From the NCBI GenBank assembly GCA_016839555.1, contig JAEOUA010000006.1, positions 384,001 to 448,000 of the forward strand: 64,000 bases of DNA, read 5' to 3'. Source of the stretch: Promethearchaeota archaeon (GTDB lineage: Archaea; Asgardarchaeota; Lokiarchaeia; Sigyniarchaeales; SOKP01). The position numbers were made by a program, and so were the translations under genes. Each line of letters begins with the position of its first letter. The stretch's first letter is position 1. The notes under the pieces are model-generated. The model worked only from the letters and a program-made list of their open reading frames with translations, was not told the DNA's origin and ran no database searches. Of the stretch, positions 10,138 to 18,573 are shown piece by piece.

Positions 10138-11079
10138 CTAATATCCAAATATTGTAGGTCTTAATAAATAGAAAAAAATACCGACTAATATCCCAATTAT
10201 AAGAGAAGAGATTAATACACGCAGTGTTGAAGAATTGGATAATTCTCTAATAGCTATTGTGATTAATATTGGCACCCAAAAACTCATTGTAATAAATTCT
10301 ATTATATGAACAGTAGCCCAAACCGGAGAATTTGGACTTAACAGCGAGAAAAATGTTTCATCAATTTGTGAACTACTGGCAATACTGACATCTGGTAAAC
10401 CAATCCAGAGTATGATAGCATTTAAAATATTGATTAATAATAGGGGAGCAAAAGCGCACAGCATCATTTTTGTTTTATATGCTTTTTGTTTTTGGAGTAA
10501 AGTTCCCCCCTTATAAATACTGAAAGGACTTAATTCTCTTTCTTTAAGTTGCTGCTTTTCTATAGATTCCCTTCCAAATCTCTGCTCTAATCTTTCACTA
10601 AAATTTACGGAGTAGTTAGCTCCTTTTCCATATAACCATATTAAAAAAAGATATAGAAAAGATTGAAAGACGGATCCAAAAATAAAAAATGTGAGGAAAA
10701 CAACTAATGATAATAATATAGGAAATCGCATAGTTTGGATAATTTCTTCGACATAAATATGAGAAAAAATTGTTAATCCTTGTATACCGAATGCTAATGA
10801 ATTAAATAAGAGAATAAGATATCCAGGGCTTTTCTTTCGAAGATGATTTATATCCCAAAATGCTCTAGCAGGATTAATAAATAAATATATTATGGTCTTG
10901 ATAAAACCCAAGGGAGCTACCCATTCTTCTTCTATTCTGCGTAAAAGAGGAAAGCTTTCTATTTTTTCAGTTCTTAACCTTTTACCGCAAAATGTACAAG
11001 TAAAATAATTTGCTCTATTTTCATTACCGCAGCGGGGGCAACGCAGAGTTGCTATTGTCGACATTTTTGAAAAGATCAA
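10138..11079 (-). CDS. Zinc-ribbon plus Yip1-domain membrane protein
   Basis: CPRCG...CTFCG double zinc ribbon; LFINPARAFWDI followed by about 5 TM segments. Confidence 0.7.
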   Translation of the reverse strand: MIFSKMSTIATLRCPRCGNENRANYFTCTFCGKRLRTEKIESFPLLRRIEEEWVAPLGFIKTIIYLFINPARAFWDINHLRKKSPGYLILLFNSLAFGIQGLTIFSHIYVEEIIQTMRFPILLSLVVFLTFFIFGSVFQSFLYLFLIWLYGKGANYSVNFSERLEQRFGRESIEKQQLKERELSPFSIYKGGTLLQKQKAYKTKMMLCAFAPLLLINILNAIILWIGLPDVSIASSSQIDETFFSLLSPNSPVWATVHIIEFITMSFWVPILITIAIRELSNSSTLRVLISSLIIGILVGIFFYLLRPTIFGY

Positions 11080-11122
11080 ATAAGTAGATTATGATATATA
11101 TAAAAATAATAGTTTAAAAATT

Positions 11123-12193
11123 TCATTTCAATTTAATTATTGAGAAATTTGTTGATTTTTCAATATTATAGTCTCTGTTCGTGAACTGCTTTATAAGGTC
11201 TAAATTAGTTTTTGCATGATTCGTGACTTTTAATACCTTAATTTTAGATGGCGCATTAACAGAGGCCATCAACGGAAGTAATTGATCACTCAAATAATTA
11301 TCAACAGGAATATGATTTTGAATATAGGGAATAATATTACTAGCTGCCATTTTTCCAACTTGTTCTGAGGTGGTATGTTTTTCTCCTAAAATCGTTCCGC
11401 TTGAAATTATTGCTCCAGTATCTCCATTAGCCCATAAAGAAAGTCCTACTCCAGTACTTAAAGATTTAACATATTCAAATTTAATAACCGTTTTAAGTCC
11501 TAATTCTTTATATATTGTCTTTTCAGCGGAAGATTTTATTCGCTCTGCTACATGGGCATTTGATAAGTTGGTAGTACAAACAATTTTGCCCGCAATAAGA
11601 TCCACAGTTCCTAATTTTGTGAGATTAATAGGTTTTAAACCCATTTTTGGTGGAAAAATTTCACATATAGTAAGAGCACCTCCTTTTGGATAAAATCCAT
11701 ACTTTTGGATTTGTAGATTAATTGTAAATCCTAAGTCTTTGAAAATTTGATATGTTACATGATTTAGATAATTTAATCCAGGTGCCCATTTACCCAATGT
11801 ACCTCCTCCATTAAGATTAATAAGAACTTTTTCTGGTTGAGTAAAACCTAAACAAGCAATTTGGATTGGTTGTAATAAGAGGCCAATACTCGCCGCCGTT
11901 CCTATATTTATATCTAACTTCTGTTTTAATCTTTTTGATTTTGGTTCAAATTTTACTTCTGTAGTTCCTACTTCACATTCACTAAGCTTACTATTAGTTA
12001 ATTCTGCAAGGCACCTTAAGCCCAAAAGATGCTGGAGTCTCAAGCCAGGACGGGAACGATTTGCTCTAATATTATAGATATAAATTGGCTGATTAAATAA
12101 TACAGAAAAGCCAGCACTTAATCTTAAAATAGCCCCTCCTCCCTCCCCCATTGATCCATCTATTTCAAGAATATCTATATCCTTATTATTCAT
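11123..12193 (-). CDS. rtcA: RNA 3'-terminal phosphate cyclase
   Basis: IDGSMGEGGGAILR, IRANRSRPGLRLQH, GFYPKGG, DNYLSDQLL, TNHAKTN. Confidence 0.96.
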   Translation of the reverse strand: MNNKDIDILEIDGSMGEGGGAILRLSAGFSVLFNQPIYIYNIRANRSRPGLRLQHLLGLRCLAELTNSKLSECEVGTTEVKFEPKSKRLKQKLDINIGTAASIGLLLQPIQIACLGFTQPEKVLINLNGGGTLGKWAPGLNYLNHVTYQIFKDLGFTINLQIQKYGFYPKGGALTICEIFPPKMGLKPINLTKLGTVDLIAGKIVCTTNLSNAHVAERIKSSAEKTIYKELGLKTVIKFEYVKSLSTGVGLSLWANGDTGAIISSGTILGEKHTTSEQVGKMAASNIIPYIQNHIPVDNYLSDQLLPLMASVNAPSKIKVLKVTNHAKTNLDLIKQFTNRDYNIEKSTNFSIIKLK

Positions 12194-12195
12194 TG

Positions 12196-13257
12196 TTATT
12201 CTTCATGTTCTTTATATAATGTCTTGATCCTTTCAATTCCATTGAAATCCTCGAATCTATTAATGACTTCATTAGGAACCAATGATCTCCACTTCTTATT
12301 GTTTTGATTTATTAAATTTCTAATATGGGTTCCATTATATTTATTCTGAAAAATAGTTATTTTTTTTGAAATCTTATAGCCTTTTTTTTTGAAGAGTTCT
12401 CGTACCCAATCGCTATTAGAAAATAAAATATCAAAATCTCCAATAATGGAAACCACATGTTCAACCCATTTGCTTGCATCGAAAATATCTGGGATATAAT
12501 AAATGGAATATCTACTCTCAGGAATCTCTCTTTTTTTTAGAGCTGCCCTAATAAACTCTTTCCTTTCTTCTTTAGTAAAGGGATTATATTTAGTGTGTGA
12601 TATTTGGGAGCTTCCAATCCCAATCTTCAAATAGTTATGGCTTTCAAGAATGCGATAAATTACATGAATATGACCATGGTGGAGAGGTTGAAACCGTCCA
12701 ATAAAAAGTGCAATATCTTTAATTTCTCTTTTTTTTTCAGATTTTTGTTCAGTAGTAAAAAAAGATTCTAAATTAGTGTCTAATAATTCATTCCAAATTT
12801 CTTTAGAATAATCTACTAAATTATCTTTCTTTAATAAGTCTATTAATTCCTCTCTTGTATAAAACCTACTCTCTTTTGGTTCTAATTCTTCTGGATTGGG
12901 TTTTAATTTTACCCCGGGATTGACAATTCCTAGAAAAATATAGGCCACTTCTTTTGTAAATTTATCCTCTTCAGCATTTAGGTCATAGAAAGTTAATTTT
13001 TGGACTTCTTTTGGATGAATACCGAGTTCTTCTTCAAGTTCTCTAAGAGCGTTAGTTTTTATCGCATCCAAATTGAGATGTTCTTGATATTCAACATGTC
13101 CGCTCGCACTATCTGTGAAGTATCCTGGATATGATTTTTTATTTTTAGATCTCTTTTGGACTAGAAATAGTATGTTACCATCTTTATTTTTTGTGATAAT
13201 AAATACCCGAATAATTAAATGGGGAATTTTATTTTTGTGAGCCTTTTTCCTTTCCAT
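12196..13257 (-). CDS. Nudix hydrolase - nicotinamide-nucleotide adenylyltransferase (NadM) fusion
   Basis: N-terminal QKRS..K.SYPG...SASGHV...ALRELEEELGI Nudix box; C-terminal FIGRFQPLHHGH, GIGSSQ, NPFT.EER. The frame stays open for 33 codons further upstream. Confidence 0.9.
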   Translation of the reverse strand: MERKKAHKNKIPHLIIRVFIITKNKDGNILFLVQKRSKNKKSYPGYFTDSASGHVEYQEHLNLDAIKTNALRELEEELGIHPKEVQKLTFYDLNAEEDKFTKEVAYIFLGIVNPGVKLKPNPEELEPKESRFYTREELIDLLKKDNLVDYSKEIWNELLDTNLESFFTTEQKSEKKREIKDIALFIGRFQPLHHGHIHVIYRILESHNYLKIGIGSSQISHTKYNPFTKEERKEFIRAALKKREIPESRYSIYYIPDIFDASKWVEHVVSIIGDFDILFSNSDWVRELFKKKGYKISKKITIFQNKYNGTHIRNLINQNNKKWRSLVPNEVINRFEDFNGIERIKTLYKEHEE

Positions 13258-13356
13258 AGGAAAAATATGTTTTGATATTTGCCCCGATTGAAGATATTTT
13301 ATTTCCTCTTTTTTAATACAAGCTAAAGTTTCATTTTCCGTAAATAATTCAACCCT

Positions 13357-14238
13357 TTATGATAATTGAATTTTAATTATATCTCCTGAAGCAATATTTA
13401 ATTTTTTTGCGGCATTTTTTTGGTTTAAAGATATTTCAAGATATCCTGTAGAACCCTTCATAAATAGCAAAGTATTTATGGGAACATCTGCAAAATGAGA
13501 GACATATTGTCCCTTATATGTTTTATTATTAACTTGTAATAAAAGATTTTGATTTTTATTCAGAAAGAGATTGAGTCCCGGATCCATAGTTTGAATTTGA
13601 TTATTATCGTGTATTTTAATTGTGGTCGTGATATTTCCGAAATTATCAATATATTGTACGGTACATTTCATTACACCTGTCTTTGAGCTTATTTCATTTA
13701 AAATAGGGATTTTAATTAAATCATTTTTATCTATACTTGAACCAAAATTATTTAGGGAAACATTATTAGAAATATAAGCACCAACGGGAGCCATAATATC
13801 TCTTCCATGAAATGTTTTTGATACTGGCTTGTGGAAATATTTCTCGTTTTCAACAATATAACATTCCATAATATTATCTTCTAACGCATTAGGAAAAATA
13901 CCATTATCGGGCCCTACAAAATAATATTTATTTTTAGTTTTTATGACTAAGATCTTTCTTTTACTACCTACTCCTGGATCGACTACACAAATAAATACGC
14001 TTCCTTCGGGAAAATACCTATAAGTTGATTTTATAAGATATGAGGCTTCAATAATAGAAAATTTCGTGATAGAATGGGATAAATCTATAATTTTTATTGA
14101 GGGATTAATTTTAAGTATTATAGCTTTCATCGATGCAACATAATGGGACCCTCTTAATCCAAAATCTGTTAATAGTGCAATTACTCTCTTTTGTAGCTCA
14201 TTATTTCTATTAAATTTATACATGATTTGATTATACAA
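13357..14238 (-). CDS. SAM hydrolase / SAM-dependent halogenase family (DUF62)
   Basis: LLTDFG, VVDPGVGSKR, VGPDNG, TFHGRDIMAP, IDNFGNI. Confidence 0.95.
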   Translation of the reverse strand: MYNQIMYKFNRNNELQKRVIALLTDFGLRGSHYVASMKAIILKINPSIKIIDLSHSITKFSIIEASYLIKSTYRYFPEGSVFICVVDPGVGSKRKILVIKTKNKYYFVGPDNGIFPNALEDNIMECYIVENEKYFHKPVSKTFHGRDIMAPVGAYISNNVSLNNFGSSIDKNDLIKIPILNEISSKTGVMKCTVQYIDNFGNITTTIKIHDNNQIQTMDPGLNLFLNKNQNLLLQVNNKTYKGQYVSHFADVPINTLLFMKGSTGYLEISLNQKNAAKKLNIASGDIIKIQLS

Positions 14239-14326
14239 TTAATTTGTGAATAAATTAGTCTAAAAAATAAAGAATAACCTCAAAGATGTTTTTTGAGAAT
14301 TAAAATATCTAATTTTGTTAACTTAA

Positions 14327-14746
14327 TTATTTTTTTAACTGTTTCAAATAAGTAGATAGGTTTTTAATAATAGTTAGGAGTTGCGCATAATAGAGATTAT
14401 CGCTCACTGCTTTTTCAGTTTTTTTTATAGTATTAATTTCTTTTTTTGTTTCTTGTAAATATTTTTGAATCTGATCCTCATCTAAGATTTCCTTAACTTT
14501 GGTATTTAATTCTTTGGATAATTCATTTACACTTTTGTTTGACTGGATTCGAAATTGCTTTAACGCCTCTACAATAAGTCTCACGTTTTCTGTTAAAGAA
14601 ACTGTTTCCTTGGAAAACGTTTTACTCATTTGGTTAATTGCTTTATTCATCTTCTCCACTTGTGCTATTGTTCCATCCAAGCTTTCGGTAATTTGGTTTA
14701 TTTTATTAATCATCTCATCAAGAAGTTGTTCCATATTTTCACTCAT
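14327..14746 (-). CDS. Coiled-coil hypothetical protein (paralogue of 14788-15213)
   Basis: Heptad-rich, 139 aa; N-terminus similar to the neighbouring gene. Confidence 0.75.
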   Translation of the reverse strand: MSENMEQLLDEMINKINQITESLDGTIAQVEKMNKAINQMSKTFSKETVSLTENVRLIVEALKQFRIQSNKSVNELSKELNTKVKEILDEDQIQKYLQETKKEINTIKKTEKAVSDNLYYAQLLTIIKNLSTYLKQLKK

Positions 14747-14787
14747 GCTATTTTCATCTCCTATATAAATTTATTTTTAATTTTTAA

Positions 14788-15213
14788 TTACTTTTTTTCC
14801 GCTTCTTTTTCTATAATACCTAATTGCTGCTTTTTTATATATTTAACCGTGGAAATCGCTTCAGATAAGAGCATTTCTACCGTCTCTTGATTTAATATCT
14901 CTTCTGACAATTTAGAAAAATTTTCTAATTCATTAGTTAATTTTTTAATTGAGGTGAGACCGGTTCTATCTTTTATTTTTTCAATTTCATCAGTTGCAGA
15001 GGTACCTATCTTTTTAAGAACTTCTATATGTTTGGTCTGAGTTAAAGCGATCTCATTTGAGAATTCATTTAATTTTTTATTTAACGTACTCACCTTGTCC
15101 TCGATGCTCTTATTAAGACCATCTAAACTAGTTTTTAATTCTTGAATTGTTTTTCCTAATTGGGAAATTCTATTATATATATTTTGAAGTAAATCTGTTA
15201 ACATTTCAGCCAT
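14788..15213 (-). CDS. Coiled-coil hypothetical protein
   Basis: Heptad-rich, 141 aa. Confidence 0.75.
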   Translation of the reverse strand: MAEMLTDLLQNIYNRISQLGKTIQELKTSLDGLNKSIEDKVSTLNKKLNEFSNEIALTQTKHIEVLKKIGTSATDEIEKIKDRTGLTSIKKLTNELENFSKLSEEILNQETVEMLLSEAISTVKYIKKQQLGIIEKEAEKK

Positions 15214-15426
15214 TTTGCTATACCTCTTTCATAAGTTCATATTATAAGCTCTTTCTTTATTCAGAGTTCTTATAAATATTATAAAAATCTTAATTTATAT
15301 AATTATTTAAACATTTTTTAAAATTTTAAGAAACCCTTTGTTATATTCTCATTAAGAATAAAATTTTTATTTTTTCTATTATATTATTTATTAAGGTTTA
15401 TGCTCCGCATTAAGCGCCAAGCCTGT

Positions 15427-15603
15427 GGTCCATTAGCTCAGCCTGGTTTAAAGGTTTCTTACAAGCTTGACTACAAGCGCAGGTCTTATAAATGACCGAT
15501 GGACATACAAAGAAAAAAGTGTCCATTCTCAATAAAAACCTGAGATCCGGGGTTCGAAATGAATCTCTGATTAAGAAATTTCATGAAAATCCCCGATGGA
15601 CCA
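15427..15603 (+). tRNA. tRNA-Ile(UAU) with three introns (15451-15474, about 15492-15537, 15559-15589)
   Basis: Acceptor GGTCCAT/ATGGACC with A discriminator; anticodon arm CAGGT-CTTATAA-ACCTG; T-arm CGGGG-TTCGAAT-CCCCG. Removing the three BHB-flanked inserts gives a 76-nt cloverleaf. Confidence 0.88.
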
Positions 15604-15722
15604 CTCTTTTTTTCTAAATCTTTAAAATATTATAACAAAGGAACTTTAAAAATTTTTAAATTAAAAATTCCCTCATTTTTGAAAATAAGGAGAAGATTGA
15701 AATATAAACAAACCAGAACGAA

Positions 15723-16412
15723 TTATTTCGCGTCTCTATCTAAGTGAGAATCTATTAATTTCAATAACCATCGTTTTATCTGCATAAGGTTTTTAAGTAA
15801 TCCTGGGACGCGTGTTTCTGGAAAGGTTTTTTCGGGTTGGAGATTCTGAGCCGTGACCATCCATTTATTCAATGCCAACTGAACTAAATTGGCACCTTCC
15901 GCTTGCATAAATAGGGGAACAACAGCCGCAGATTCTCTGGCATCTCCAATAGCAAAATATATCTTTCGATTAATATCTTTTGTCATTGTTAAATTGGCGC
16001 ATTCGTCTATTTTACGCTCTACTAATATCGTTTTTAAAATTTGAGTTTTAAGATCTTTGTCCTTCTTATTAAACCTCACTTTTCTCTTTAATAGCAGTGG
16101 GAGAGAGCAATTTTTTAATCGGTCAGAATTTTTATCATCGTTATAATAGTTTTGAATCTTTATTGTGTTATCCTCAAAAATTTCTATTGAGGTAAACGTT
16201 TTATTATTTGAATAGAGAATTGCTTTAGAGCCCTCGTTAAAATCTTGAATTAATTTTAACCAGATACATCGAGTTTGCACGCTATTCTCTGTATGATATG
16301 CCAATTCAAAAAATTCTCGTTTGGTTAAGGGCTCAATGGGTTCGATGATCTCTTCCTTAAACCATTCCCGTGAAATCACATCATTGAATTGAGATAAGAG
16401 TCTATTGTTCAA
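15723..16412 (-). CDS. Hypothetical protein
   Basis: 229-aa ORF with coding-like composition; no motif recognised. Confidence 0.7.
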   Translation of the reverse strand: MNNRLLSQFNDVISREWFKEEIIEPIEPLTKREFFELAYHTENSVQTRCIWLKLIQDFNEGSKAILYSNNKTFTSIEIFEDNTIKIQNYYNDDKNSDRLKNCSLPLLLKRKVRFNKKDKDLKTQILKTILVERKIDECANLTMTKDINRKIYFAIGDARESAAVVPLFMQAEGANLVQLALNKWMVTAQNLQPEKTFPETRVPGLLKNLMQIKRWLLKLIDSHLDRDAK

Positions 16413-16736
16413 ATTATATCTCCCAATTATTAATTTTTATATTAATTAAAATTATTATAAAATTTCAAGTTATTTAATAGTATATTCTTTTTTTAAATTA
16501 ATTAATTTTCTTATTTATTTATTATCTTGTTAGCTATACAATAAGAAGAGAGTAAAAAATGGGGAAATGATATTGAACGAAATTAAATAATATTAAAAAT
16601 AAACAGAGTTAAGATTTAACCTAAAACCTTATCATAAGAACTAACTACCAAAACGGTAAAAAACGGAATAATGAGGTTTTAAAATATTGGTTTTTAAATT
16701 CTTTTTATGAAAATCTCCCACAAAAAAGAAAATAAG

Positions 16737-18110
16737 TTAAGAATTTATTTGAAAATAGGCTTTTTCTAATCTTTCAACAGCCAAAATAATATCCTTTTTA
16801 GTAGATCCAATAGCTGCATTCATGACGATATATGGGATTGGATAATTTTCAATACAGTTGCCAAAGGTTTTTTGATTTGGGTCATACACTCTTGGACCTG
16901 TAACTCTGAGGTTATAGAGAGCCCCTCCAAGTTCAAACAATTTTTTTTGTGTAAGATTTTGTAAGCTCATTGCTACTGCCACAGGATTAAAAATATCTAA
17001 TACTCTTTCATTAATTTTTTTAGCAAAGTTATATAATAGATCTTCCAATAATTTCCGATTTTTTTGTTGCTTTTTAATAAGCTTGTTATATCCTTCAATA
17101 CCAAGTGATAAAATTGAAATTAAGAAATTCACTACTGGCGATGCGGAAGCTCTTCCTGGATAGGCTCTACTAATTTTTTCGATGGTTTCTTCATGTGGGG
17201 AGGCGATCAAAGCACCACCTACAGGAGTAAGAAAGTTTTTATCTGTTGATTGAATAATAGCATCTACCCTTCCCGCATCGATAGCAGAACGGATCAATCT
17301 CATCCATTCAATACTTTGTACTCCATAGGCATTAACAACAATATGAACAAGATTTTTTCTTTCTGCAAGTTTACTAATTGCCTTTACATCATCAGCTTCC
17401 CTTGGAGGAAAAAAACTCGTAAAAGACACTATGGCGAAACAATTTTCATTTAATCCACTTTCAATATCTTCAATGGGTATTCTGACAGCATCCCCGAAAA
17501 GTTTTCCCTCCACAATTTTTGGGTAAAGCCCAACAAAATCTATAGATTTTAAAATCGAGTTGTGATCTAGCCGTGGAATTAAAACCGTTCTTTTCGTATT
17601 CGAATCATTTTTGTTTCTATTTGGTTTTAAAGCAGTTAAAGCTAACGCTAAGGACATACCGGTAGCAACTGGAGTGATAATCGCGGCTTTAATATTAGGT
17701 AATCCAAAGTTTCTCATAATATCTCTTGCTAAGTAATTCGTGATTTCGTACATGATTGAGCCCCCAGGAGCTTTAGGCTGTGGAGCCGTTAAAAAACCAC
17801 TCCTTCCTACTCCATGGCAGAAACCACCTGAGATTTTTAAATGCAAGGGAGATGCGATCCTTGCCTCTCGTTCGCCAACTTGAGACGCATTCATATCCTT
17901 ATCTGTATCCATCTGAGAGAGCACATTTAATAAAAATTCAATTTGTTCATCGGTCCATGGATTAGTTGGTACATTTTTTTGCTCAAATAAAATTTTGATT
18001 GGTTTTAAATAATTTTTTAATACTAATTGTCCTCTATTAAGTATATTTTCGGGAATTTTCGAATGTTTGAAATATTTCATAATTTTATTTAGATTTACCA
18101 TAAGTATCAC
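16737..18110 (-). CDS. spcS: O-phosphoseryl-tRNA(Sec) selenium transferase (SepSecS)
   Basis: VGEREARI, HGVGRSG.L.APQPKAPG.S, P.ATGMSL, NAYGVQ, GRVDAIIQSTDKNFLTPVGG (PLP lysine), YPGRAS, VTGPR. Confidence 0.97.
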   Translation of the reverse strand: MILMVNLNKIMKYFKHSKIPENILNRGQLVLKNYLKPIKILFEQKNVPTNPWTDEQIEFLLNVLSQMDTDKDMNASQVGEREARIASPLHLKISGGFCHGVGRSGFLTAPQPKAPGGSIMYEITNYLARDIMRNFGLPNIKAAIITPVATGMSLALALTALKPNRNKNDSNTKRTVLIPRLDHNSILKSIDFVGLYPKIVEGKLFGDAVRIPIEDIESGLNENCFAIVSFTSFFPPREADDVKAISKLAERKNLVHIVVNAYGVQSIEWMRLIRSAIDAGRVDAIIQSTDKNFLTPVGGALIASPHEETIEKISRAYPGRASASPVVNFLISILSLGIEGYNKLIKKQQKNRKLLEDLLYNFAKKINERVLDIFNPVAVAMSLQNLTQKKLFELGGALYNLRVTGPRVYDPNQKTFGNCIENYPIPYIVMNAAIGSTKKDIILAVERLEKAYFQINS

Positions 18111-18239
18111 TCACTTTTGAGCTTTAATTAATTATTCAAATAATAATTGCTATTACCTAAATTAAATTTTATTCTCAAATATTTTTATTGAAGATCTTAT
18201 CAACCCAAAATATCGAGTTAAAGAAGAAGAAAAATATTT

Positions 18240-18362
18240 TGGCGGCCCTCGAGGGGAATCGAACCCCTACCCCTTCGCAGGGTAACTGGATTTGAAGTCC
18301 AGCGTCAGAGACCACTTATCTTTCGCAAGCGAAGCGCTTCCAAAATCCGACCGTCAAGGGCC
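18240..18362 (-). tRNA. selC: tRNA-Sec(UCA), 9/4 fold, encoded CCA, 30-nt insertion/intron in the D-stem (18316-18345)
   Basis: 9-bp acceptor GGCCCTTGA/TCGAGGGCC, G73, 4-bp T-stem, 6-bp anticodon stem with CT-TCA-AA loop, long variable arm. Splicing gives the 7-bp D-stem GTCGGAG-TGGT-CTCTGAC. Confidence 0.92.
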
Positions 18363-18573
18363 ATTTTATTTACAAATGAGAAAAATAGAAAACAATCTCT
18401 ATGTGAGAGATATTAATTATTTTTATTGAAATTTCTGCTTTTAAATTATTATAAAGATTCAAAAATTTCTATTATTTAGTTTTTTAAAAAAAATATAAAG
18501 AATATAATTATAAGTGTTTAAAACAATAATACAAAATGTAAAATGTAATTTAAAAAAAGGTGATTAAAAAAAT

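Noticed and set aside
2685-13359. Genome-wide reassignment of TAA, suggested by two in-frame TAA junctions
   Set aside because: Most conserved genes in the window (e.g. rpl12, rps19, rpl14) end correctly at TAA; each case can be explained by a single base change.
16623-16680. Hairpin downstream of spcS as a possible SECIS
   Set aside because: No AUGA/GA core in the correct arrangement, and spcS has no in-frame TGA.
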